Positions 23,805 through 37,079 of a stretch of 64,000 bases of DNA are shown piece by piece. The stretch lies in contig JAWMAR010000040.1 of the NCBI GenBank assembly GCA_036785375.1, positions 6,324,001-6,388,000 of the forward strand. Reading direction: 5' to 3'. Under the pieces are notes generated by a model, which had not been told where the DNA came from, ran no database searches, and saw only the letters and a program-made list of their open reading frames with translations. The position numbers were made by a program, and so were the translations under genes. This stretch comes from Leucoraja ocellata (lineage: Eukaryota). The stretch's first letter is position 1. Each line of letters starts with the position of its first letter.

Positions 23805-24072
23805 CTTTAAGAAGTAACCGGAAGCATTGCTTCTGAGGTTTGGTGGAAGATTTTGAATGATAAACTTCAACCATGTATTGATGTTGATGATCATCAGTGC
23901 TTGGACTCAAGGTTAATTTGGTGACTTTGCTGCAGAGACTGCGTTCATTCATCAATTCTTCGTTAGCGATTCCATATTTTGCATCTTCATTTATTCTCAC
24001 TTCATCCCTAAACCAGTCAATTTGAATACTCGCTGGATAAAAGTCCATTATTTCACAGGACAAAGTCAATGT
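23805..24072 (-). CDS. Internal exon, Ig C1-like domain, 5' part lost in the assembly gap
   Basis: TLTLSCEIMDFYPASIQIDWFRD...TKLTLSPSTDDH..QYMVEVYH...FRLLLK; donor AAAG/GTGAGT, phase 1. Confidence 0.85.
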
Positions 24073-24272
24073 NNNNNNNNNNNNNNNNNNNNNNNNNNNN
24101 NNNNNNNNNNNNNNNNNNNNNNNNNNNNNNNNNNNNNNNNNNNNNNNNNNNNNNNNNNNNNNNNNNNNNNNNNNNNNNNNNNNNNNNNNNNNNNNNNNNN
24201 NNNNNNNNNNNNNNNNNNNNNNNNNNNNNNNNNNNNNNNNNNNNNNNNNNNNNNNNNNNNNNNNNNNNNNNN
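24073..24272. other. Assembly gap (200 N, probably a fixed-size placeholder)
   Basis: Run of exactly 200 N that cuts an Ig exon. Confidence 0.98.
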
Positions 24273-27200
24273 CAAGACAAACCAATCTGCTCTGCCTGCA
24301 CGTGATCCATATCCCTCCATTCCTAGCATGAACAGGCCCTTCGGCCCACAATATTTGTGCCGATCATGATGCTAATTTAAACTTCCTGTACATGATCCAT
24401 ATCCCTCCATTCCCTGCACTTCCATGTGCCTATCTAAAAGCCACTTATATGCCTCTATCGTATCTTCCTCCATCACCACCCCCCGGCAACATGTTGGGTA
24501 TGATGTTATGAGAGCCAGTGAGAGGCTAGACAGTCGGAACCTTTTCCCCAGGGTGGAAATGTCCAACACTAGAGTGCAGAGCTATAAGGTGAGAGGGGAA
24601 ATGTTTAATGGAGATGTGTGGGCAAGTTTATTGCAAGAGAGTGCTGGGGCCTGGACTGCATTGCTAGGGGTGGTGGTGGAGGCAGATATGACTGTGGTGT
24701 TCAAGAGGCTTTTAGATATGCACACAAAGTGCATGGAATAGAGAGATATGGATCATGCACAGGCAGATGAGATCTTAGCACCATGTTCCATGCAAACATT
24801 GTGGGCCAAAGGGCCCGTTCCCTGTGTTGTACTGTTCTATGTTCTATGTCCTAATAAATTGAACGTTACATCCAGAGTCCACAAGGGGGCAGGTAAATAA
24901 AGAAAGCGGGAAGTTACTGTCCAATTTACCGTGCTTCTCCAAAAAGCCACAGTGCTGGAGTAACTCAGCGGGCCAGCCAGCATCTCTGGAGAACTTGGAT
25001 AGGTGACGTTTTGTCTATTTCTACCGTTTAACCTGACCCGCTGTGTTTCTCCAGAACTTTGTGTCCTTTTGTTTGTTAACCAGGATCTGCAGTTCCGTGT
25101 TTCTAACATTCTCTGCATTTCTATCGCTGTAAATGTTATGTTCTATCTCACTCTTTTTATTAAGATTAATTGCTTGAAAGTTAAAGCATGGAAACAGACC
25201 CTTCAGCGCACCGGGTCCACGCTGATTATCGATCACACGTCCACACTAGTTCGATGTTATCCCATTTTCACATCCACTCCCTACACACTAGGGGTGATTT
25301 ACAGAGTCCAATTAATCGACAAACCTGAGGTGGGTGGAAACCGGAGCACGTTGGTCAGAAAGAAAATGTGCAAACTCCACACAGACAGCACCCGAGGTCA
25401 GGATCGAACCTGGGTCTCTGGTACTGTGAGGCAGCAGCTCTACCAGCTGCGCTACTGTGTCAACATCTTTTTTGTTACGGCATGTTTCTGTGTCAATCTG
25501 ATGATTTACAGTCCTTCCATCCTGTTTATTCTGCCTGCCCCACTCACTCTTCCATATTCTATCTATTCTCATCGATACTGGCCATAGACCACCTGTTGCA
25601 TTGGTGGTGTTCTGAATATGCATTCCTTTTTAAGGATAATAGTGTTTAGAGAGTGATTACAAACAATGACCACTTTGAAAATATCCATATTCCTGTTTGT
25701 CCTCATTGTCAATAGAACACAATATTGTTCTAAGGCTTATTTATCAAGGTTTCAAGGTCAGTTTATTGTCACCATGTACCAATTAAGGTCCAGTGAAATT
25801 TGAGTTGCTATACAGCCACACTAAGTGAAAAGCAACAAGACACACAATCACATAAAAGTTAACATTAACATGGATTCCTCACTGTGATTGAAGGCAATGA
25901 AGTTCAACTTCTTCCTCGTGTTTCCCCGTGACTGCAAATAAAATATTAATTTCTGTTTTCCTTCATTAACCGGAATATAACGTCACAGAGAAAACAAAAA
26001 TAACAGACGGTGAAACCTTTTCTGAGTGATGTATATTTTATCGAATTCAAGATTTTCAAATTATTCAATTTTCTAAATTTTAATTGTCATTAAGCAGCCA
26101 ATAAATGTTTATCTGTGGAGAGGGCAGATTTCACATTACAAGGATATTATTCATATCTTTTTCTTTAGAAGCAGGGTAAAACTTGATTCGTAAAGGTCAC
26201 CATCCCCAGTGATGTGAGAAATAATAATAGAAGTGTCTGTTTTTATAATGCCCTTTCCTCCTAAGGAAGGAGTGAAGGAAAGGCCGTAAGAAAAGCAATT
26301 ACTTCTCATTCCACCATCTACAAATGATTATTTTTTCTCTATTATTTCTATTTTTTCTCCACAATTCTCACTTCACTGGTGATTCTCACCTATTAGACGA
26401 TGGGGGGGGGGGGGGCTTCGAGAACAAAGGGGAACCGACAGGGGGGATGCCGAGAATGAAGAGGGCCCTGGCAGGGGGGACGCCCAGAACAAAGGGGTAG
26501 CCAGCAGGGGGTGCCTGCTGCAATGTGCCGCAGCAGGCAGGAGAGAGGACTGTTCGTTGAACTTTTGTAACTTTGGCAGCGCCAAATTGTGGCAACTCTT
26601 GTATATTACCTGGGTGAGGTCTGCTGTATAATTTTACAGGGTTGTATATAAAAACAAAGCACTTCACTGTACCTAGGAATATGTATCAATAAAGTATCAT
26701 TGAATCCATTGAATTGCTGTACCTGCAATAACAGTACTATGATATCTATGTTACAGGACTGGATAGATTTGGTTATCGCAGTGTCTCCACCAAAGGATTA
26801 TGAGGATGAAGTGTAAGTTTAAATGAGTGTTTGTAAGTTGGGGGGGGGGGGGATTTAATTTTTCTTCACTCCAATATTTCTAATTGAAGTTGTAGTTTAT
26901 TCATTCAGACATGACTGAGAAATTCACTGAGATAGTCTTGCTGCAAATAAGAATTTCATTGTTTCGTTTTAGGACATATGACAAATAAAACTACTCTCTT
27001 GACTCTTGATTCACATTTAAAATAATTTGTCTGAAAAAAACAACAACAAATAACTTTGCAAGTGTTTCTGAGTAAAATGTTTTATCCCTAAAACAAATTT
27101 GCTGACTAGTAAGTTTATACTTTAATTGGACATTAATACTGGAGGAGAACTTTATATTGATCTAACGTAGACTCATCTCTGTACTTTCCCACACAAGGCT

Positions 27201-28434
27201 TTAATAGATCTGATTATTCAGATATGATCGATCGCTGACATTAATGAACACAATCAGTGCATACAACCAAGGATGTTTCCTCCATTATTTCCTTGTGCCT
27301 CATTAATAACTTTGTACCTAATCTCTATATCCTTCCTTCATTAATGCTATTTCTAGTTCTTCATCTAACCAAGATTTCGTGGAAATATAAGAGGCATCTT
27401 GTTGATATGAAATGATGTTTCATTGAACAACATATAGCGTTCAGTCCATGATTGTCGAATACTTTAGGTTTATTATTGTCACGTGCAATGAAAAGCTTTG
27501 TTTTGCATGCTAAACAAACACATTAGATAATACAATGCATAAATACAATCTATTAGATAATCTCAAGTACAATAAGAACAAAGGGGAAGATACAGAATGC
27601 AGAATATAGTTTTCAACATTTGTAGTACAACAGTTCCAAAGACAAAATTCAATGTCCGCATTGCAGTTGAGGTGAATTGAACAGTACCCCAGCTTACGGA
27701 AAGACCGTTCCAAAGCCTGATAACAGATATTAGATGGACCCAGAGACAGTGAAGAAAAAAATTAAAAATGTAGTCATGAAACAAAAACATCTTTGCAGGA
27801 GACCTGATAATATTTTAAATTCCCATTTTCCTAAAACAAAACTCATTGGAGTCTTTAACCAGAGATCTAAGAAAGCTTAAACATTTTGAGTATATTAGTA
27901 TTTCAAAATGGAAAAAAAAAAATTCATTGACTATTCCTTTTTTTTTTAATAGGACATTCTTCTGATAAAAGAGCGACATTTATATCATGAAGACTGCTTC
28001 TCCAAGAATCAAATCATAAAGTCCTTTGTTTTAATGTGCAAAAATAGTATTGGTGAAAAAATGCTTAATTAATCTGAATTCATTATAATGGTAATAATTA
28101 CAAGTCCAAGTAAATATCAATACATGTAGTATATGCTACATGGAATTAATGGGACTATATAGTAACATTATTATGGAATTACATGTGCTGTGTCAAATTA
28201 ACTTCTGTTAGAAATCATGTCAGTAGGTTTAACAAAGAATGGAAGACTATATGGTTGGAACAACGTTTGTCATGTTCTTCAATGGAACCTCTGTTTTAAT
28301 ACACAAAAGGGCTCAAATAACTATTATATTAACACAGAAATGCATTGGATCTCATGAACCTGTTTTAACGCCATACAATAATGTCATAAAGTAGCTCCGC
28401 ATCTTTGATGAAAGTGAACTTGTACAATTATCAG

Positions 28435-28760
28435 GACGGCACAGTGGTGCAGCTGGTAAAGCTGTTGCCTCACAGTGCCAGCAACCTGAGTTCAATGCTG
28501 ACCTCAGATGCTGTCCATGTGGAGTTTGCACGTTTTCTCTGTGACCGTGTGGGTTTCCTCCCACATCCCAAAGACGTATGGGTTGTAGGTTAATTGGCCT
28601 CTGTAAAAATAAAACATATTGACCCTAATCTGCCAAGAATGGAAGCTAAAATGGGATAACATAGAACTGGAGTGAACGGGTGATTGATGGTTGCCGTGGA
28701 CTTGGTGGGGTGAAGAGACTGTTGCCATGCTGTTTGTCTGAACTAAACAAGAACTAAACT
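28435..28760 (+). mobile_element. V-SINE (HE1-like)
   Basis: ggcacagtggtgcagctggt A box, V-domain, aactaaac tail. Confidence 0.75.
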
Positions 28761-30489
28761 TGTTAATCGGCTGAGATGTTGAGTGAAAAAAGATGGGATA
28801 TCTGGTTTTCAAAGGGTTCAAAGGTCTTTTATTGTTGAAGCTCTCGAGTCATGGCGATCGAAACTCCTGCATCGCGGCGTTTGAAACTCCTGCGGCTTAG
28901 AGTTCCCAAAGTCGGTCTCTGTCCAGAGACCACGGGCTCCGTGATGTTAAGTCCGCAAGCACCCATGGTTGGAGCTTCGAGGTCGACCCCTGGCAAAGGG
29001 ATCACGACCTCCGCAATGGTAAATCCGCAGGCGACCGCAGTGGAGCTCTCAAAATCGATCGCCAGCAAATGCCGCCAACTCCTCGATGTTAGGCCACAGT
29101 GCGGACGGAGATGCAATATGGAAAAAAATTGCATCTCTGTCAAGGTAAGAGATTAGAAAAAGTTTCCCCCACCCCACCCGAATTAAGACATGCTAAAGAA
29201 CACTAAAAACATACATTTTTACACATACAATTAAAACAAAGAAGGAGAGAACAGACGGACTGTTGGCGAGGCAACAGTCACCCTCAAGCGATATACCAGG
29301 TAAGAAAAGTAAAGTTGAGTAGTGGAAGCCCAAAACCATCTGCAAGCCTGATTAATAACCTGCTGCTGCTTTGTAGAACTGAAGTCTGGCGAGTTGAGAG
29401 ACTTTACACAAATGCAATCATCTGTGATTGCAACTCCTCCGTGCTACTGAAGATGATTTAGCAAACAATTATACTTGACAACCCATGTTTCAAGTATGGC
29501 ATATCAGCGTACCATGTGGGCATGCAAAGATTGAAACATTCAGGGTAATTTTATAAACTACACTCTCAATTGTGGGATGAGAATTCAGAGATTTGGACTG
29601 TTGTATGTATTAGTTCTAGCCGCTGAAACTTCCAAAATCCATCAAGTAATTTATATTTTAGTAATTACACCATTTGTTAATCGTCAATACAGCACTCCTT
29701 TACACAATGTGTAATCTAGGGCACTGTGTTCAATGACAAATTGCAGGAGGATAGATTTTAATTATTTAATAATGATAAATTAATGGTAAATTCATCCATA
29801 TGATTAAATGCATGCATATCTATTAACTTTCATTGAAATGTCTAATGTACAACAAATCTTCAAGGTTTTTCAGCATTTAGTAATGTTACAATCATTGTTG
29901 ATTCAATCAGTGCTGTATTGTTAATGTTAAAGCTGTAATTTGTCCAAACATTTGGTTGGAAAATTTCTTTTGAATTAAATCTTTATTGAAGCCATTGCCA
30001 AAATGTAATTATATGTGAGGTTAAATATGTAGTGAATTAATGCTTCTGGAAATGGTTTAGACCACAAAGCCGTTATGAACACCATCATCAGGGAATGAAG
30101 GGATATGAATCACGTGCAGGCAGAGGAGATTAGTATAACTTGGCTTCATGTTCGGCACAGACATTGTGGGCCAAAGGGACTGTTCCTGTACGGTTCCATG
30201 TTCTATCAATAATAAGCTTTAAAAAGACATTTGGACAGGTACATGTGGCGGATATCGCTTCTCGACTAAACTCTGGCTCTCTAAATGAAGCTTGATCTGA
30301 CGCAAACTTAAGCTAAAAATAAGTAGCGATATTTTGTGTTCTTGAATAATAGTATGGGATATTGATTAAAATGTTTAAAAACTATTTATTGTTAAGAGCA
30401 AAAAATGTCCTGAAAGTGTTTAATAACTGGAAGATGCCCATTGAGAATTATGTTACAGTTAATCCTTACATATTTATCAAGAATTACAA

Positions 30490-31035
30490 CGGAATCTATT
30501 GGGCAAGTGGGCTGAAGATTGGCAAATGGAGTTTAATTCGGATAAGTGAGGCGCTGGTTTTTGGAACTTAAATCAGGGCAGGAAATTTACAGGGAACAGT
30601 AGGTACATGGGTAGTGTTGTAGAGCAGACGGATCAAGGAGGACAAATGCATAGTTCTCTGAAAGTGGCATCTCGGGTAGATGGGTGGCGAAGAAGGCTTT
30701 TGACACATTAGCCTTCATCAGTCAGGGAACTGAGTACATAAATTGGGAAGTTATGTTACAAACATACAAGATGTTGGGAAGGTAACACCTGGAGTGTTCA
30801 TTTTTGGTCACCCTGCCATAAGAAAGATGTTGTGAAATTGTAAAGTGTGCAGCGAAAATTTACAAGAATATTGCTAGGACTTAAAGGCTTGAACTATAGG
30901 GAGAAGTTGAGCACGCTAGATATTTTTACCTTGGAGCGTATGAGGCTGAGAAGTGATCTTATAAAGGTGCAATAACATTATGGGAAGAACAGGTAGGATG
31001 AATGCACAGAGTCTTTTTTCCCAAGTTAGGGAAAT
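30490..31035 (+). mobile_element. CR1 LINE ORF2 fragment, degraded
   Basis: Homologous to the minus-strand CR1 at 33116-34080 (W..EFN..K.E, LAFISQG.EY..WEVMLQ.YK). Confidence 0.75.
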
Positions 31036-32984
31036 TTAGGAAGCATATTTGTAAAAACACATACCTCCAGATTCAGGGACAGTTTCTTCCCAGCTGTTAT
31101 CAGGCAACCGAACCATCCTATCTACAATTAAAAAGCGGTCCTAATCTCCCATCTACCTCATTGGAGGCCTTAGAACTATCTTTAATTGGATGTTATCTTG
31201 CACTAAACATTATTCCCCTTATCCTGTATCTATAACTGTGGACAACCATATAGTAATCAATTATATAGTTTGTTTTTCGCTGACTGGATAGCATGCAACA
31301 CAGCACTTTTCATCCTACCTCGGTACGCGTGATAAACTAAACTAATTCTGTGTGGTCAGGCAGCATATATGGGGGATACAGATAGAAGTTTGAGCATTTC
31401 CGAGACAGGCTCCAAATTCGTCCCAAAGGCACAAAGGCGATTTTTCACCTGACCTGAACTCAGCCTGATGATGAGTCCCGTCGCGAAACCTCACCTACCC
31501 GCGTCCTCCAGAGATGCTGCCTGACCCGCTTTGTGTCGCTGACTGTGAACGCGGGTTAAGAGCTGCGTGTGTTTTTAGCATTTCCGAGACCTGGATCTGG
31601 TAATAGATTCCAAATTCCTCGCAAATGCAGACGGGCGGTTTTTCACCTGAAGCCAGAGGAGCTCACATTCGGTAAACCAGCGTGACAGCCGTCTCTCAGT
31701 GGTTTGAACGCCGCTGCCTTGTCAATGCTACATTCTGCGAGTTACTAAGAGAGAGCGTTGCACGGATCACCCGCTCATTGTCCCCAACATTCCTATTGCT
31801 CAGATTAAACTGTAACCAACATGCAGCTCCCTGGCCTGCACCAAAACGGAGACTTCCCGCGGGCTGGCACACTGCAGAGAACATTTCCGAGTCAATGACT
31901 TCCCCGTGACTGTGCCACCGAGAGACTCCCTGTGGTCCCCAACCCTAACCCGTGTAGTCAGTGCGATGGCGACACGGTGTAAGGATGCAATGGGGATGGA
32001 GGATAGTCGCTGCCGACCTGCCTTTGGGAGGATAAATGTTGTTTGAGTCCCGGCCAAAGTAGGGCACACACGGTGGCAAGATTTCACCAGCTTGGATCTA
32101 CACTGCTCATCTCTTGCAACGCTTCTAGGCTTTGTATTTAAAAGCTAATAATCCCTTCGTTAACCAGGAAATGATGCCCAGGCATAACGCGGTAAGTTTT
32201 TTTATGTTGTTGCAAATCTGAATTACAGAGTAGATTGCAGTGTGGAAGAATGCTTTGTGATGTCCTCTGGTATGCGCTGCCTTCCCACACATTGCCGGTC
32301 CAGAAACACCTTGCATTGTCTGCACGCACTCGCTCAGGAGAGAGTCTCTCATTCCAGGAACTGCAGGCTGGCTGCAGATAACTGCATCCACACACATGCA
32401 GTCACCCCCCCACCATGCGACGGGAATCTTCACACTGTTTTTCATCGTGATTGTGTCTGCCGTCTTTTTGCAGAGATGTCTACTTTAAATTGAAGTTATT
32501 TTAAGAAGCTCTATAGGTGGCGGGGAGTGAGCCAATTCAACCTGAGCTGCTTAAAAAAAATAATCTCCAAATGACGTTTTCGAGCAACACTAGGGTGGTG
32601 ACCGAGATATTGGAGCCAATGAGAGAAACGGAGGGGGAGGTCCGGAGACGAGGATGTCGCAAGTGGAATGATGAAAGGTCAAAGCTAGGATGAAACCAAG
32701 AGCTATTCAAATACCTCATTTGCAACTGCAGACCCTTGTGGAACATAAATAACATTTCAGAATCCCCCTCCTCCAAACCACCCCACCCCCTCCAATCCAA
32801 GGTGGAAATATTAACGGCTAAAGAGCATCGCTTTAAGGCGAGAGGGACGTAGAGGGTATTAGTTATAAGGGGAGGTTGGACAAACTTGGTTTGTTTTGTC
32901 ACAAATGCTGGCGGTTGAGGGGACCACTGTCTAGACACCTTTCCAGTGGGACTTCGGGGGGGGGGGGCAGATGCCCCTCCATCA

Positions 32985-33045
32985 AGGGGCTACATGAGTA
33001 ATAAGGGGCTACATGAGTAATAAGGGGCTACATGAGTAATAAGGG
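32985..33045 (+). repeat. 19-bp tandem repeat x3 (aaggggctacatgagtaat)
   Basis: Directly visible, perfect units. Confidence 0.9.
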
Positions 33046-33115
33046 TTCTTGGTATGAGGTTGGTTTGCGAACACTACCAGATATAACACTAATGAATGTA
33101 TAAACGCTGACAATG

Positions 33116-34080
33116 TCAGAAGAGTCGTAGAGTGACACAGTGTGGAAACAGGCCCTTCGGCCCAACTTGCCCACACCGGCCAAAAATGTCCCAGCTACAC
33201 TCGTCCCACTTACCTGTGCTTGGTCCATAGCCCTCCAAACCTATCCTATCCATGTATCTGTCTAACTGTTTCTTAAACAATGGGATAGTCCCAGCCCCAT
33301 CTAACTCCTCTGGCAGCTTGTTCCATACACTCATCACACTTTGTATGAAAAAGTTTCCCCTCAGATTCCTATTAAATCTTTTCCCCTTCACCTTGAACCT
33401 ATGTCCTCTGGTCCTCGATTCCCCTACTCTGGGCAAGAGACTCTGTGCATCTACCCGATCTATTCCTCTCATGATTTTGTACACCTCTATAAGATCCCCC
33501 TCAACCTCCTGCGCTCCATCGAATAGAGACCCAGCCTACTCAACCTCTCCATATAGCTCACACCCCTCACACCCTCTAGTCCTGGCAACATCCTCATAAA
33601 TCTTTACTGAACCCTTTCAAGCTTGACAATATCTTTCCTATAACATGGTGCCCAGAACTGAACACAGTATTCTAAATGTGGTCTCACCAACTTCTTATAC
33701 AACTGCAACATGACCTCCCAACTCCTACACTCAATACTCTGACTGATGAAGGCCAAAGTGCTAAAAGCCTTTATGACCACCTTATCTACCTGCGACTTGA
33801 CCTTCAAGGAACCATGCACCTGTACTCCTAGATCCCTCAGCTCTGCAACACTACCCAGAAGCCGACCATTTACTGTGTAGGTCCTACCCTTGTTCGACAT
33901 CCCAAAATTCAACACCTCACACTTCTCTGTATTAAATTCCATCAACCATTCCTCCACCCACCTGGCCAATCGATCCAGATCCTGCTGCAATCTTTCACAA
34001 CCATCTTCATTATCTGCAAAACTACTCAATTTTGTATCATCAGCAAACTTGCTAATTTTGCCCTGTATGTTCTCATCTAA
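33116..34080 (-). mobile_element. CR1 LINE 3' about 1 kb (RT FADD region to 3' UTR)
   Basis: SKFADDTK, LQQDLDRLARW.E.WLMEFNTEKCEV, LVRPHLEYCVQFWAP, RGHRFKVKG. Confidence 0.9.
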
Positions 34081-34232
34081 GAAGTGTTGGACATTTCTAT
34101 CCTGGGAAAAAGGTTATGACTGTCTACCCAATCTATACCTCGCATAATGTTATATACCTCTATGAAGTCTCCCCTCAATCTCCAATGTTCCAGCGAAAAC
34201 AATCCAAGTTTATCCAAAATCTTCCTGGAGAG

Positions 34233-34466
34233 CAAGAGTTCCCAACCTGTGGTAAATGTACCCCCAGGGAGTAAATTTCACCTACCCAGGGGGTACATTT
34301 GTTGATTCTGGATTTGTACATATTTTTTCTCATTGACTGACTGTGTTTGGTTTTGGTATACCGGTATCTGTTCATCATTAGTTGTTCATAAATAAGCAAA
34401 ATAACATTGTTATGTGCTATTAAAGTTGTCAGGGGTAAACGGGATGAAAATGGTTGGGAACCCCTG
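34233..34466. mobile_element. hAT/Charlie-like MITE nested in a CR1 fragment
   Basis: TIRs caagagttcccaacc / ggttgggaacccctg; imperfect 8-bp flanks ctggagag / ctgtagat. Confidence 0.6.
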
Positions 34467-35957
34467 CTGTAGATTAACCCCTTTAACGCAGACAGCATTC
34501 TGGTAAACTTCCTCAACATCTGTCCAAAGCCTCCACACCCTTCCCGTAATGAGGCGACCAGAACTGTATGTTCATGTCTCAAGATCTCCCTTGTTGAAGC
34601 TTTTAATAATAAATTTGGCACTAGGTAATATTAAATTTACCAATTGACTACATTAGTTTTTTCCTTGCTTTAAGCTTCAGCAGCATTCTGTGCAATTGCC
34701 CTGTTGCACACGCACATTATTTTAATAAAATAGAATAAAACGGTATTGCATATAAAAGGAATGGCTATTTATTATTCAAAACAACAGGCTAGTAGTAATG
34801 TTTAAGGAGACAATTATTCTCATGCTGCAGAAAAAAACAAAGAAGATTATATACCTAGAATATAATGATAACTTCATGCAAAAGTGATGTGGTGACATTT
34901 TCAGGAAACTGCCAAAAGTGAGTCATTAAATTGTTTGTTGCAGGATGTACCAATTAGGAGGTAGAAGGTGAGTTTCAACTCAAAGAGAAGTAGATATATA
35001 AATGTGAATTAAATGGAATATGCTGTTGAAATGTATAATTTAAATAAACTTGAAGGAATTAGCAGTCTTCTCATTTCAATCCTTTACCTTTACTCTAAAA
35101 GGTTCCTCAAGCCTATTTCTTTTTCAGATCTACAAGTTACACTTTAGTGGCATTTTGTAAGGGCCTAACATTATGTCTCATATGTTTAGTGTAGATTGTA
35201 GTTAGAGAAACAGCATGGAAGCAGCCCTTTCAGCGACCAACATTCACCCATTCACACTGGTTCAATGTTATCCCACTTTCGCATCTAATCCCGACACACT
35301 AGAGGGAATTTTACACAGGCTGTTTAAACTACAAACCTGATGTCTCTGGGATGTGGGAGGAAACCGGAGCACCCAGAGGAAACCCACGTGGTCACAGGAA
35401 GAACGTGCAAACTGCACACACAGGCAGCACCCGAGGTCAGGATCGAACCTGGGTCCCTGGAGCGGTGGGGCAGCATCTCGACATGCTGTGCTGCCTTGTT
35501 CTCCCTCAGAACTAGCTCTCTCAACCTCTCCACCATTCTGTCATCAGAGGGACAGTTTCTTCCCAGCTGTTATCAGGCAACTGAACCATCCTATCACCAT
35601 CTAGAGTGCAGTCCTGACCTCCCATCTACCTCATTGGAGACCTTGGGACTATCTTTAATCAGGATTTTACTGGAGCCTGGAACTCACCTGTATCGGGAGC
35701 TGCTCCAATAGACCAAGCATGCAGATGGACCGCACTTGGCGGCGCCCCCATGTGGAAATATGCAAAAAATAATTTTGCAATGCAGTTGCAAATATGACAA
35801 ATAATGCTCCATTGAAGCTCTCCCCACTACGCCAACAATACCTCACCAGCTTCCACTTCTACTTTCACCCAGGGTAGTTGACATCCCCCTACACCCCCCC
35901 CCCCCCACCACTCTCCACCCATGTGTCCACATTCAACAACTTTGTGGGCACTCCCGC

Positions 35958-36135
35958 ATGGTGGCACAGCGGTAGAGTTGCTGCCTCACAGCGCCAGAGA
36001 CCCCGGTTCGATCCTGACCTCGGGTGCTGTCTGTACAGAGTTTGCACGTTCTCTCTGTGACCACGTGGGTTTTCTCCGGATGCTCCGGTTTCCTCCCACA
36101 TTGTAAAGGCGCACTGGTTTGTAGGTTAATTGGGT
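35958..36135 (+). mobile_element. V-SINE (HE1-like), well-preserved head
   Basis: GGTGGCACAGCGGTAGAG A box and GGTTCGATCC B box followed by V-domain. Confidence 0.8.
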
Positions 36136-36824
36136 TTTATACATTGATCCCAGAAAGGAGATGAGGAGGAATTTCTTGAGTCAGAGGGTGGTGAATCTGT
36201 GGACTTTGTTGCCATAGACAGCTGTGGAGGCCAAATCATTGAGGATTTTTAAAGCTGAGATTGACAGGCTCTTTACTAGTAAGGGTGCCAAACGGAGAAG
36301 ATAGAAGAATGGGGTTGAGAGGGAAAAATAAATCAGCCAAGAATAAATGATGAAGTAGACTCGATGGGCCAAATGGCTTCATTCTGCTCATAGAGTCATA
36401 GAGTGATACAGAGTGGAAACAGGCCCTTTGGCCCAACTTGCCCACACCGGTCAACATGTCCCAGCTACAATGTCCCACCTGCCAGCATTTGGGCAACTGT
36501 CCTATCCATGTACCTGTCTAACTGCTTCTTAAATGTTGGGATAGTCCCTGCCTTAACTACCTCCTCTGGCAGCTTGTTCCATACATCCACCACCCTTTGT
36601 GTGAAAAAGTTACCCCTCAGATTCCTATTAAATGCTCCTATGACATGAACAGCATGTAAAAGACTTGGACAGGTACATGGACAGGACAGGTTGAGAGTGA
36701 TATGGGTCAACCGCAGGCAGATGGGACTAGAGTAGATAGGGCATGTTGGCCAGTGGGACGAGTTGGGCAGAAGAGCCAGTTTCCATGTTGTATTTTTAAT
36801 ATGGTACAAAAAATGCACGAAGCT

Positions 36825-36883
36825 GGGACATGTTGGCCGGTGTGAGACATGTTGGCCGGTGTGGGACATGTTGGCCGGTGTGG
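36825..36883 (+). repeat. 19-bp tandem repeat x3 (gggacatgttggccggtgt)
   Basis: Directly visible; derived from the CR1 3' UTR motif. Confidence 0.85.
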
Positions 36884-36990
36884 GCACCACGCACTAAAGT
36901 TATCAGTTTTAACTCGGAACACTATTTGTGAAAATGTGGGGGAGGTCAGGTATTCGGGTGAGGTTTGTTTTTTACAGACTGTACTGCTCG

Positions 36991-36991
<1 letters not shown>

Positions 36992-37028
<37 letters not shown>

Positions 37029-37078
37029 GTTAAGTGTGTGAGCGGCGTGTGTGTGTTAGTCAAGTGTGTGAGCGGCGG
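36992..37078 (+). repeat. (TG)n microsatellite plus 30-bp duplication in the ABCC8 upstream region
   Basis: About 17 TG units, then gtgtgtgtgttagt(t/c)aagtgtgtgagcggc twice. Confidence 0.9.
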
Positions 37079-37079
37079 G

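Noticed and set aside
24022-24369. ORFs spanning the N run
   Set aside because: Artefacts of translating through the gap; the right flank is CR1/SINE tail sequence.
28829-29280. GC-richer ORF-bearing blocks here and at 26400-26700 and 45050-45560
   Set aside because: No protein motifs or splice pattern. They adjoin LINE-tail-like motifs (ttattgtcac / gacaataaa) or other repeats and are probably unclassified interspersed repeats.
32985-33045. CRISPR-like array
   Set aside because: Spacerless tandem repeat in a vertebrate genome; no cas genes.
35958-36030. tRNA gene-like sequences here and at other A/B-box sites
   Set aside because: They run directly into the SINE V-domain and lack a full cloverleaf; these are SINE heads.
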